DNA from: Dendrobates tinctorius
Lineage: Eukaryota
Reading direction: 5' to 3'
Assembly: GCF_039654945.1 (NCBI RefSeq)
Contig: NW_027361733.1
Coordinates: forward strand, 24,180,001 to 24,244,000
Length of the DNA: 64,000 nt
Shown here: piece by piece, positions 1 to 13,300 of the stretch
Layout of the letters: the number at the start of each line of letters is the position of its first letter
Numbering within the stretch: the first letter of the stretch is position 1
Position numbers and translations under genes: made by a program
The notes under the pieces: model-generated
Database searches by the model: none
The model's input: the letters and a program-made list of their open reading frames with translations, nothing else
Told to the model about the DNA's origin: nothing

Positions 1-230
1 ATCAATGGTGTTATAGAGCTCCCTGATACCACCCTGATCCTGTAATAGTGTTGAGATGAGGTCAGGACAACCACTACTGAGCCAGAAATTGTGCTCCGTA
101 CTCGTGGATATGTGAAACCGCTCTTAAAAAGGAACAGGTCACCCACTCTCAACACCTTTTGGTTAAGTGTGTTTTGCCACACTCCAAGAGATTAGCCAAC
201 TTAGATCTATTGTCTCCTATTCTCCCATAC

Positions 231-275
231 CTCTAGTCTGAGGAAGGTCTGGGTTACAGACCGAAACGTTACGAG
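231..275 (+). ncRNA. Type I hammerhead ribozyme, probably from a Penelope-like element remnant
   Basis: CTGAGGA (238-244), A, stem II GGTCTG/CAGACC, GAAA (263-266), palindromic short stem III CG, TT, then partial stem I. Confidence 0.7.
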
Positions 276-859
276 AAATTGGGACCCTCTCGAATAAATT
301 CTTATGAGTGCCAGAATGTTTATTACATTATTATAAAACAATATTAGTAATCTTGCAATTTGTGGCTGCTGAAAGGTAGACCTGAGCACCCCTACCTATT
401 TTACTCCATCACCGGATCCTATTTGGATTAGCCAGACTGGCACGACACCATTTTTGCAGCGGAACGCACGTTTGATACCACGCCATGCTGGCTAATCAAA
501 AGAAAAGCCACAGATGCCATCAAGTAAGAGGCAATTTTCAGTGCTACCATCCAGCAGCCGCACACTACTGATATGGCCACTGAACTGGATCTTGCACACT
601 CTTTGCTCCAACTCTCGTCAGAGTCTCCGTTCATTATGGCTATGTACATGTGTTGTTTCCTGAAACAACTGGAGTATGATACTGATAACTGCAGGATTTC
701 TACTTTTTTAATTTTTAATACAGATTGTGGTCTGAAAAAAAAATATTGCCAACTTTTAAAAAAAGCATTTAACACAAAAACTGCATCAGGTCTTTCTTTT
801 TCTGACGGTTATTTGCCTTTAATCTGCTAAAACCACCTAGGACCCAATATACATAGAGT

Positions 860-1400
860 AGTTCAGCTGACAGTATCATATAGTATAGGCTTAGATACAT
901 CTGCTCAGCAGACAGCATCACACATTGTAGGCATAGATACAACAGTTTAATAGTATCACACAGGACAAGCTTAGATACACCTGCTTAGCAGACAGTATCA
1001 CAGAAGGTAGACATGCTTAGATAGAGAGGCTAATTCAGTATCGGACTAGGGTCCCAAGGGCCCACCAGTAACCAACTCCTGGGCCTCACTTTTTATCTTC
1101 ATACAAATGTGACACTATCCGTAATCACAAATTTATATAACAATGAGCTGGGTAGATTGTTAATGAATAAGATTCCGCCTTTATCTGTACATAGTGATTC
1201 AAGTATATAGTGCCAAGTACTGCTAATATAAGAGAGTGATGGCCCACTCATGCACAGGGGCCCCCCGGAGGATTCTACTGTTCTCCTGTGGTTCAGTCCC
1301 AGTCTGGGCTCATTGGACAGTATCACACATGATAAGTTTAGCTACAACATCTCAGTGGACAGTATCACACACAATAACCTCAGATGCACCAGCTTAGCTG
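860..1400. repeat. Degenerate ~40-bp repeat (gacagtatcacacatgataggcttagatac)
   Basis: Same family at ~2495-2680 and ~26425-26850. Confidence 0.65.
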
Positions 1401-4201
1401 ACAGTGTAAGGGGGTAAGATCTGATGTTTTTCATGCTCCCCTTCCCTCTGATTGTCTTCCAGTTCTAAATGTTTACAGATGTGTTTTATGATAATTGCCT
1501 GCGGTACTGCTACATGTATAATTATGTATTACCTCTCATTGCTTATGGTATTGGCACTAAACTGTATATATTGCCTTGCATTCCTCTTTTATAATATGGC
1601 CTACATATTTTGTGTTCTTTGTATATGTACAGTCAGAGAAAAGTAGTGTATCCTCCTTGGGATTTTAGAGGAGGGCACTCTTTGTATATAGTTTCCGCTA
1701 TAGACCGTGTAGTTGTAATTATGTTGCGGGCCACTAGATGGGGGTATACTATTGGGGCCTGATAGGATGTTCATAGAGGGTTCATTGTAGGAGGGGCTGC
1801 TGGAAGTTAAGGTAAGTGATGAAGAGTGGTTTGGTCAGATGGGGCCAGGGCGCCCAAGTGTCCACATGGGCTATATTCCCAGACAGCTTGACAGTCACGT
1901 AATGTTAAGTCGTTATTGCCCATGTTAGCCACGGCCACTGCATGTTTTAGCAGTGGGTCAGAACAGTAAAAGGAAGATATGGCATCTTATTGCCTGGGCC
2001 AATGCTTTTAGGGCAGAAGTTGGCTGGACTAAAGAGATGAAAGGAGTTGGAGCTTCGACGAGATAGGTACAGATGGGCGGGATGCTTCACCAGTGGTCCC
2101 AGAATTCGTGTCTGGGGCGAAACAGGTTGAAGGAAATGTCATTATAGTGAGGTCAGGCCTGGAAGCAGTCTAGTACAGTCTGTTTCGGGCGTGTACTGCA
2201 CAGAAGCGACAACAAGCAAGGAAAAGATCATGAAGCAAGCAAATGTGATGATGTATCAATTGTGGATGTGTTCAAAATCCTAAGTAAGGAAAGTGTTAAA
2301 GTTTTCTCGGACTGTGTCTCCATTGATGGGGGTCACTTAGAAGAGGGACAGCTATGGCCTGGGAAGTGCCCAGGTGATGCTGAATCTGGAGATGCAGGTA
2401 TGCCGAGGGGCATAGTATTGTTTCATGTAGGGGAAGGACTGGACACAGCTGCCTCCGGAATAGAGGTCACGACTACAGTCCTGTCCCTCACTTACAACAG
2501 TATCAGAAAGAATAGGCTTAGATACTGTAGCTAAAAAGTCTGTACCACATGTGATGGGCTTAGATACTCCACTTTAAAAGGGTTACAGAGCGTAGGCTTG
2601 GATACTGCAGCTCCGCACACGGTATCACACTTGTCAAGCTTAGATACACAATAATCTATATAATAGGCTTAGATACAGCAAGATTTTGATACCCCACAAG
2701 TCTCCAGCAAGATATTTCTTCTCATTTGAATGACTCCTGGACACTTAAGTGATAATTTTGGAAAGGTCGGCATCAGAACCCCCATTTTATGTTGCTTCCT
2801 TTAGATACAGTATATATGTTCGCCGTGAAAAAATGGAATAAACTGATTTATTGTGATAGGTCACCTGTTCTGTGTTCTTCATGTGTGTCAGAGCAGATTG
2901 TGATCAAGTTTGGGAATTTTTTTTTCAATACTTTTGTGTAGCGGCTCCTCCCTTGTGCAGTTCCTTCTTTCATTTTTAGTGTATTTTGTTCCATTAGACA
3001 AGTGTCTGCCAGCTGCAGGCTGAGATCACTGAGGGCGCTGTCACCAGGTTAGTGTTCCCTGACTACTCCTGACAACTTTTTGACAATCTCTGACAACTTA
3101 TGGATGCCTTTTTCTTTCTACTGACACCCTGACAATACACTGAATTGACCTTGTAGAATTAACCCCTCTCTTGAATATTATTAGGGAGCGAGTCAGCTAT
3201 GAAGGACTTGCTTGAGGTTTTTCCTGGTTGTTGCTGCCAAGTCAATGTATTGTACACGGAAATGCACGAACTACAATGCATACGGTAAAACATTTAAATC
3301 GTTGCAGATATCTTGCTGTGTTTTGCAATTTAACAACAAGAAAAAAAATACTAAAAAGATGGCTGGATCAGGAGCAGATTGATTGTGTATGACCAGTATG
3401 TGACTGCCAATGGGAGAGTATTCAAGAAGACAGCTGCAGCACAAGAGAAGTCTTGAACATATAAATGGGAAGAATGATAGCTATAGAATGCAAGGGTCAC
3501 ACATTTGCTGCGGGTTGTAAAGAGATGTATTAGGGGCACAATCATTGGATGTAAAGCAGGAGCAGCTTAATATCCTCTAACTGTTTCTGCCGCTACAAGT
3601 TTTTATGTTTTTTTTGTGCCAAGAACCTGGGTTTTCTCATTTCCTTCCCCCAGTTCACTGATTTATGTGTGCCGAGGCAGGAATATTAGATTGTGAACCA
3701 CCCATGGGACAGAGACTAAGTGAACACAACCTGTGTACAGCACTACAGAATGTGTTGGAGCTATCCAAATAATAGAATAAAATATGGAATAGATGGCAGC
3801 ATCAGATACATACAGCACGGCTCAGGACGATACAATAAGATGCAATAGCTTTATCGCCAACCTGTTTTTCCAGATGGATGTCCGTAGCCCCAACAGACCT
3901 GGTACATCTCACAGCTGTGGGCTTTTCCAGTTGTATCCAGTCTGGACAATCCTCTGTGAGCCTCAGTCTTATATATTTTGCTTGTACTGATACATTGTAG
4001 CAACTATTAGGGTTGGAGAGATTTGTATGGCTGATATGTGTAGCTCACAGAGGATTTACTAGACTGGACACAGAAGTAACAAACTCTCAGCTGTGAATGG
4101 TTCAGCTTCTGGATGACAGCAAGAAAGGAGAAAATGGAACATCAAGTCACCTCCATGGTACAATGTTTGCTGCATATCTGTATATTTCTCTCCCTCAGAT
4201 A

Positions 4202-4307
4202 ATGGAGCTCAGGCTGATCCTTCTCACTTTTGGTTTCATTGTTTCTGATACCAAAGCCGATGATCCTGGAATAAAGGGCCGGCTGACCCTAAAAGGACTG
4301 CAGTATG
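4202..4307 (+). CDS. BPI/LBP-like coding exon 1
   Basis: tccctcag|atA ATG...CAG TAT G|gtgagt; MELRLILLTFGFIVSDTKADDPGIKGRLTLKGLQY. Confidence 0.9.
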
Positions 4308-7300
4308 GTGAGTGAATGGCAGTAACATGGTAGTAACCACCAGTGATGAGCGCGAGTGCTCGTTATTCGAGTTTTCCTAGGGTGCTCGGGTACACACAGA
4401 GTATCGCGGGTGCTCCAGTGACATGTTTGAGTCTCTGCTCCTGCATGTCTCACGGCTGTTAGACACTCACAAAACATGCGTACACGGCCAACCCCGCCAG
4501 TTTTGTGGCTAACAGCGGGCGCGGGGACCCGAACATGTCACTGGAGCACTTGCGATACTCGGTGCGTACCTGAGCACCCTAGAAAAACTCAAATAACGAG
4601 CACTTGCACTCATCACTGGTAGTAACTCTTTAACCCCTTCACTTTCGTTTTTCACTCCCTTTCTTCCCAGAGCTTTAACTTTTTTATTTTTCCATCAATA
4701 CGGCCATTTGAGCGTTTTTTCGCACGAAAAGTTGTACTTTTGAACTACACCATTGATGTTACCATGTAATGTACTGGAACACGGGAAAAAAATTCCAAGT
4801 GTGGTTAAATTCCTGGTCATTACGAGTTCGCAGATACCAAACATGTCTAGGTTCTTTTTTAAGTGGTGAAAAATAAAATCCAAAGTTTGTTTAAAACATA
4901 AATAAATGGCGCCATTTTCCAAGACCCGCAGTTTCTCCATTCTTCAAATCTGGGGCTGGATGATGGCTTATTTTTTGTGAGCTGGGCTGACGTTTTTATT
5001 GATGCCATTTTTAGGTAGATACAATGTTTTGATCACCTGTTAATGCATTTCATTGCAATGTCGAGACGACCATGAAAAAATTAAATTCTGGCGTTTTGAT
5101 TTTTGTTCGTTACGCTGTTTACCGGTCGGATTAATTCTTTTTAGATTTTGATTGGGCGTTTCTGAACAATACGAAATGTGAATTTTTTATTAGTGTTTTA
5201 TTTTGAATGGGCAAAAGGGGGGTGATTTGAACGTTTATATTTTTTTAATTTTTTTAAAAGATTTTTCTTACACTGCTACGTGAGACTTGAAGCTGCGATC
5301 ATCTGATCACTTGTGCTACAAAGCCCTGCTATGTGTAGCAGAAATGATCATCTGCTATGAACGCTGACCACTGGGTGGCGCTCATAGATTGGCAATGACA
5401 ACCACAGGGGTTGCCTGCAGACCCCAGGTTGTCATGCCAACTCTTCAGCGCCCCACGGTCATGTGACAGGGGCGCCAATGGGTGGAGTTAGTGACAAGCT
5501 TCCGACGCAATCATGCTAAATGCTGTTGTCAGAGATTCACCCATATTGTTATCCATATGTACGATTTTTACATCCGTCTGATATCCCGTTTTATACATCG
5601 GCAATAAATAAAATGTACAAAAACAAATACAGTTTAATATGTTAAGAATCACAAAGTACAGTAAAAATCAGATGCAAAACAGATGATTTGGATGGGATCC
5701 GATTTTTATTTTTGCGCACCTATAGACTTGAATGGGCGAGTCTCCTCCAGGATTACGGAAGTAAGTACTGCATCTTGCAATTTTTTTCACTCTGACCTTT
5801 GCTCAGTATAATAAAACCCCATCATTTGGCAGCCCTAGGTCCGTGTGCTGTCTGGTGCGCTGGCCGATTTCAACACATGGAGGCACAAGTATATGTAAAA
5901 CGCTCGTCTGAATGAGCCCATGCGGCTGTCTTGGCTGAAAAATAAAAAGTTATAGCTCTAAAAACAAAAGTGCAAAAAAGTCAAAATATCCAGTGGTGAA
6001 AGGCGTAAATGTGCATTCTGATTCATAATAACCATACCAGCTTGCTGTATTCCGTTCTGTGAATAGCGTTGTTTGCCTCGCGCAAGTGCGTAGTTTTCTT
6101 TGCCCAACTGTGGGCAAAGCTGAAAAGCATTAGTGCGCATGCGCCGGTGAACTATGTCCCGGAACACAGCGAAATACTTCCAGGACATAGTAAATCCGGC
6201 GCATGCGCACTAATGCTTTTTGGATTTGCCCGCAGTTAAGCAAAACATACTGCGCATGCGCGGGAGACAATTTGAATGCACACGCGTGGGACCTGTACAC
6301 GGACAACGTTATTCACAGAACGGAATGCGTACAGCAAGCCGATTTGGGGTGGAGAGATGGACCAGAACCAACGCCCATCGGACCGGACCGAGGATATTAC
6401 CATACCGCAATGTAAAAGTTTTTATGGGGGATTCATGGGGAGTTAGGTGTGCAGGAACACCGCACTACACTCGCTCACTGAGCCAGTGCGTGTGTCCTGA
6501 GTACAAAAACAGTGCTCAAAGATACCTGTGGAGCAGGGCAGCAGCGGTGACAATGCGTGCTTCAAACTATCAGGACCTGAACTATGTGACTGCTGGGGGC
6601 GTGGCCTAAGCTCCACAGAGCTAGGAGCTGCAGGGAAACTCCTAGAAAGGTAACTACGGGACAAGTTACCAAGGGGCATAGACAGGGGCGGAAACCAGAT
6701 CAAGCCGGGGTCAATGCACGAGATAGCAGGACAGTACCAAAGGGTTAGACAGAGCGGATAGTCAGAACGTAGCAATAGATCAGAAAACCAGAACGGGCAA
6801 TAGACGGTACAATACGGGCAAACGGTAGCGGAGTAACAATAGCCAAGCCAGGAGGTCAGAGCCAGAGAAGACAATAGTACCTAAAACGTGAGACGGAGTG
6901 AGGGGACAGGCTGGGTCATATACGGGAATCAAACAAGCAATGCAGTACACGCACACCAGGGGGTCGGTCAGACACACAGCCAGAATAACAGTATAGCTGA
7001 CAGAGAATGCTAGTCTGGAGTGAGTATAAATACCCCTCCCAGATCCAAAGAGAGGCCGGCAAAAGTTAACCCTGTGAGAACAGGACATTAACCATGTCCT
7101 AACCATGACAAGGGGGTTTCACAAGTAGTTGGTGAATGTATACCTCACACTCTATTAGATGATATTTTTAGTTGATAGGCCAAAAAACTGGTGACAGATT
7201 CCCTTTAAGAAAAGAAGTGTGTACAAAGATGGCCAGGATCACCGTTGAAATATGAGAATAAGAAATCAAAATTTATTATAGTACAATTACACAAGCAAAA

Positions 7301-10300
7301 TACAAAACATACATTTAAAGGGAATCTGTCACCCCTTTTTTCGAATATGAGCTGCCGGCACCAACATCAGGGCTTATCTACAGCATTCTGTAATGCTGTA
7401 GATAAGCCCCCGATGTAACCTGAAAGATAAGAAAAAAGAGTTATATTATACTCACCCCGGCGTTCGGTCCAGTGGGTGTCGCTGTCCGGTCCGGCGCCTC
7501 CCATCTTCATACGATGCCGTCCTCTTCTTTCCTTCCTGTCGTGGCGCAGGCGCACTGCTCTGCCCTGTTGAGGGCAGAGCAGAATACTGCAGTGTGCAGG
7601 GGTCGGACCATTCCTGGCATCTGCGCACTGCAGGACTCTGCTCTGCCCTCAACAGGGCAGAGCAGTGCGCCTGCGCCGGAGCCACGACAGGAAGGAAAGA
7701 AGAGGACGGCATCGTATGAAGATGGGAGGCGCCAGACCGGACCGTGACACCCTTTGGACCGGACTGCTCCCCCCGGTGAGTATAATCTAACTCTTTTTTC
7801 TTATCTTTCGGGTTACATCGGGGGCTTATCTACAGCATTACAGAATGCTGTAGGTAAGCCCCTAATGTTGGTGCTGGCATCTCATATTCGAAAAAAGGGG
7901 TGACAGATTCCCTTTAAAAACAATTAAAAAAACCATTAAGGCTCAAACACCACCTGGAGAAACTAGTAAGGACCATCCAGACTCCTCCACTATGTGCACC
8001 AGAAATGGACAAAGAGCATGTGTTACACACATAAGTTATGCACAGATACAAAGGCCTAAGTCCAAGAAAAAGCTACAGGCAAATTCAATATGTAATAGCA
8101 AACTAGATAGCTAAATAGTCTAAGAAAGATACATTATGCATTTTGTATAAATACATTGTGCACAAAACCCCCAGAAAAAGAAAATGGGTAATCCTGGAAA
8201 GGGATGATGAGGGATCAATAAAGCAATATCCTAAAAATAAAGGATATGGCATATGGTAAAAACAACCCAGGGTAAAGGGAAGGACTGCATAAGACCTGTG
8301 GATGGATGCAAAGATAACGCCCGGTCACAGCATATGTGGAGGCAGGAACTAAACGTGGCTTCCTTAAATTTTTTGTGGCCTATTTGTAAGTGTGGGGCTA
8401 GTGATCCTGTGCATTATTTTGTTGTGCCCTCAGTATTTCTTGTGCAATAATTATATAGAAGAAACGGCTGAGTTACAATGTATCAGTCTAGGCAATCCTG
8501 GCCCTTATGCATTTCTTTTGCCGTCAGGATTCGGAATAGGTATTTGCGCCACCAACCCTTTTAACTCAACATGATGGACAATACTTGGAAATGTAGAATT
8601 GTCACCCACCCACCCATAAAATAAAAGGGTGTTGTTCTATCAGGCAGCTCTATGTTTCCAGTACAAAATGTGGCAATATTAATGAGTTTCATGGCAGTTC
8701 TTGTACTTATTTTTGCTCCTCAGGTTGGCAGGTGGGGTTAGAGGAGATGCACAAGAGACTCGAAACCGTTAAAATCCCTGACGTCAGCGGTTCCATCTCT
8801 GTTGCCGTTCTTGGTCGGATTTACTATTCTGTCTCAGAGTAAGTTCTAGTGCGATGACACTCCAGCCACACTAACATACTGTGCCTGGTACTGGCAGAGC
8901 TTGGGACATGAATAGAGAATCCCATGCTCTGCTTCCTCTGGTGTTTAAAATCGTAAAGATGGTTGTAGCTATTTTTTTCTGGTACAGATCTCAAAAACCC
9001 ACAGTTTTACATGACAAATTCCTGTCTCCTTGCAGCCACCACTAGAGGGAGCTCACTCCGTGTCTTATTATTGAGTTCTTTGTATAATTGTACATAGTAA
9101 GCTCCCCCTAGTGGTGGCTGCAGGTAGTCATAACTTTATCATGTAACTATTAGAGCAGAGGTGGGTAAATAATTTTCCCAAGGGGCCACATGAGATACGT
9201 GACTGTAGTGGAGCGTTGAACCAACATGTTGACCTTAATTCTGCTTATTACTATTGTTTTATATTAAATTCTATCACTTAATCTTGAGCAGACTTAAGGA
9301 TGTTGACTAGCTGCTACTGTTAATACATATTAGGATAGGGCTTATTGCAGCTTGCATTGTAGCAGCTAATAAAAACTATATAATTTATTGTTTTTCATAA
9401 AGTATATAAAAAGCAGTAAATCATATTACTCCTGTTACTCAGCCTTTGTATCTTGGTCAACAGCTTGCTGTACAATATGAGGCCTCCGCGGTCCCCACAC
9501 AGTATGATATCCCCTCAGACAGTATGATGTCTCCACAAAGCCCACATACACACACAATGTGGTATTCCCACTATTCCCACATTGCACAACATACAATATG
9601 ATATCCCCACAAAGTATTATGTCCCTACACAGTCCCCCACTAAGAATGATGTTCCCAAACAGCCCCTTTACACAGTATTATGTTCCCATACAGCACCCCC
9701 ATTCAGAACAATGTCCCCAAACACCATCCTTAAACAGTATTATGTCACCATACAGCTCCCTTACACAGTATTATTGTCATAATCCATTTTGGATCTGTGG
9801 CAGATCTGGCTTCTCAGATTAAAACTTTTTTCCTTTCAGGCCATTGGGGGTTAATGTCAGCCCTCCCCGCTGGCCTGCTTTTGTAATGGTATTGCTGTTG
9901 GGTCTGCTGATGTGTGTGGTGACAACTCCCACCATCCTTCAAGAGGTCACCTGATGCATCAGTTGACTGTTGGTGTTAGAGTTTTCTACTGTGACCAAAG
10001 TGGAGGAAGGAGCTGGCTGGGTACAGTGGTGCTTCAGCTGAATACTTTGATCTGTTGTGTTTATTCTGCTGTGCGGTGCTTTGCAGCAGAAAGCTGTGTT
10101 TCATTTTTTTTATGTTGCCCCTTTTGGTGTCTGTCTTACCTTACCTTTTTCACACAAATGGATACTCCAAAAAATTATTTTTGACTCCAAAATATGGTAT
10201 TAAAATTGTTTTATTATTTATTAAACAACATATTAAAAATATATATTAATACATTAATGAAAAAGGGAAAGTACATCTAAAATGAGGAACTAACAGAAGC

Positions 10301-13300
10301 CATAGGTTTATCCACAAAAACCACCATAATTCAATATTAATGATATTAACATATGCTCCTAGATCAATGTTGTGCAATGCAAGCAATCATATAGATTTGT
10401 AACAGCATAAGGCTAAAGCGGCTGTAATTACTATGGACTTCAGTGCAATACTCAGAAAGCTACCAGTTAAACCCTCTTGACCGCCACTTAGTGCACTAAA
10501 AAGAGGACTAGACGCTGACCTTATAAATACATATATAAGGCTGCCAAACCGACATGCCACAATTAGTACTAATATAACAGCGTACTATCCTCCCCAATCG
10601 AGCACCAACCTTAAGCACAGTGTCCTTAAATAAGCATACCTAATGGTGTGTGGAATCCCCCGGGCGTTCCTCTCCCCCGACGCGTGTTTCGCTCCCGAAG
10701 AAGCGGAAGCGAAACGCGCGTCGAGGCAGAGGAACACCCGGGGGATTCCACACACCATTAGGTATGCTTATTTAAGGACACTGTGCTTAAGGTTGGTGCT
10801 CGATTGGGGAGGATAGTACGCCGTTATATTAGTACTAATTGTGGCATGTCGGTTTGGCAGCCTTATATATGTATTTATAAGGTCAGCGTCTAGTCCTCTT
10901 TTTAGTGCACTAAGTGGCGGTCAAGAGGGTTTAACTGGTAGCTTTCTGAGTATTGCACTGAAGTCCATAGTAATTACAGCCGCTTTAGCCTTATGCTGTT
11001 ACAAATCTATATGATTGCTTGCATTGCACAACATTAATCTAGGAGCATATGTTAATATCATTAATATTGAATTATGGTGGTTTTTGTGGATAAACCTATG
11101 GCTTCTGTTAGTTCCTCATTTTAGATGTACTTTCCCTTTTTCATTAATGTATTAATATATATTTTTAATATGTTGTTTAATAAATAATAAAACAATTTTA
11201 ATACCATATTTTGGAGTCAAAAATAATTTTTTGGAGTATCCATTTGTGTGAATAATGTCTATATAGTTATGGTATATATCAGACTGGTTAAATATACATG
11301 TATGGGCAAATTTGTGAATAAAAAATTACCTTACCTTTTGTTGTATTAGTGCAGCGGTGGGACCAGTGCTCTCATCTACCAGTTCCCTACTTATTGATAG
11401 GAGTAGGGCAAGTGATGGATTATGTATCCTGCTTGGCGACGGGGTGAAAAAACCCATATAGGGACGATAGTGAGAGCAGGGCACATCCTCAGGTGATATA
11501 GGAGGTGTCCATTCCCCTGTTCCCTATCGACAGGGCCCGCCGTTGTTATAGTTTGCCTGGTGTTCCCTGGTGTGTTGTGCCGTCTGGTGAGCGACCAACC
11601 GTTGGGTCATGTGACACTGGGTCAGTCCCATGCAGCCTCCTTACACAGTATTATGTCTCCATACAAGTCCCCATACAGCCTTCTTACACAATATTATACC
11701 CCCATACAGCCACCTACCACCATGCAGAGTGATATAAAAAAAAGACTACTCCCCTAACCCCTCTGGCCTGTGCTGTGTACTGAGGCACTGCTGGTGTGAT
11801 TTAGTGACGACATCACACCTGTGGTTCTCTCAGATGTAGTACGTGTGCCGACTGGGGGAGTGGTCCCTTTCGGCTGCGAGACAGACTGACGACAGATGCA
11901 GAAACACGTTCAATCAGGTCCACTTTTGTCATGATCCATGCTGGATCATGACAGATAAAAGCACATGTAACCTTTTTTTTTTCCTTAAGCTTGTGTACTT
12001 GAGTTTGGTTTTGCCCCCGGTGGCCATTAGGATTATTACACAGTGGTGTCTTTTGTTCTAGTTTGCCCCCGGTGGTGGTGAGCGTTATTGCACATGATTA
12101 TAAAGCAGGTGTGATTGCTGGCGCTTACCTATAAAAGAGTGTCAGGTGTTGCAATCACTGTTGGTGATAGTGTTCATTTCAACCATCATTGGTGGAGGAA
12201 GGATCTAGAGAGAGGTCCTGGCAGCTCAGTCAGAGCCCTGTTGTGGAAGGAGTCAGAGGGGATTTCCTTGCAGCTCTGACAGAGCTTGGTGGCAGCTATT
12301 CTGGAGGAAAGCTGCATTCTGGTGGTGGACTCTGTTGCTGGGAGCAAGAGCAACAGAGCAAAGCTAAGTGGTGTTTCCCTCTTTGTATTTTTCCCTGGTG
12401 TGTATTAGTACAGCGGTGGGGCCAGTGCCTGCATCACCCAGCTCCCTAGCAAGGGATAGGTGTAGGGTGTGCTAGGGTGACAGGTTTCCTGATCGGCGCC
12501 TGGTGCGGAACCGGCCTAGGGAATGTTAGGAGTGTGAGGGACACTGACTCAGGGGAGTGCATGAGGTTTCCACGTCCCCGTCCCTTATCGCAGGACCCAC
12601 CGTTGTAACTGTTTCCCCTTCCCCCGTTTCTTGTTGTTTTAGTTACTGGCCTGCGGGCTGTGTCACTCAGGACAGTTTCACGTGCCGTGTCTTGTTGCTT
12701 CAGTTACCGACCTGCTGGTCGCATCACACAGGACGGGTCCACGTGACATTATCACCAACCTCAACACTTTTTTTCTCTCTGGTGAGCCATGGGCCAAGTT
12801 CAAACCAGTGAGCAGTTGTTGCTGGCCCTCACTGAGATTAGTGAGGAGTTGAATAATGCGGTTCAACAGCACCTGCAGCGGAATTATGGGTCTGAGGCCT
12901 ATCCTCTGCCTCAATTAGAGGGTCCATATTCGGCTTTGGCGAGGATGTGCCGTGGATCCCTGTTGGGAAGCAGGACTTGCTTATACAGGCGGACGTACCC
13001 AGGCAGGTGGGTGGAGTCGGTGTCCCCATGGTGCGGCCTGGTGTTCCCCAAGGTGAAGGGGTACGTCCCTGTAGTGAGCAGACTAATGATTTAGTCCTTG
13101 GCACTGACGCCGAAAATTCTGTACTGTCAGAGAAGCCATGCCCCCCTGGTCGTGTGGAGGAAGATGACCTGGGAGTGTATATTTCCTCCTCGCCCTCAGA
13201 AGGTACCATGTCAGCAGAGGTGATGGTTGGGAAGTACCTGAGGGCATACCGGTGCTTGTGAACAGTGGAGCTGAAGTCAGTCTGGTGGATGCTCAGTTTG

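Larger units (their letters stand above)
9775..11616 (+). mobile_element. Solo LTR (Gypsy-type) interrupted by the palindromic PLE
   Basis: TGTCAT...GTGACA termini; resembles the 11927 LTR (ttagtgcagcggtggg, gtgtcc...ttccctatcg..agggccc); inserted in a minisatellite; no clear TSD. Confidence 0.55.

Noticed and set aside
1650-2480. Possible decayed retroelement coding sequence
   Set aside because: No motif I could identify with confidence
2998-3047. Possible non-coding 5' exon of the BPI-like gene (ttag|...cag|gttagt)
   Set aside because: Only splice-like motifs; cannot be supported without transcripts
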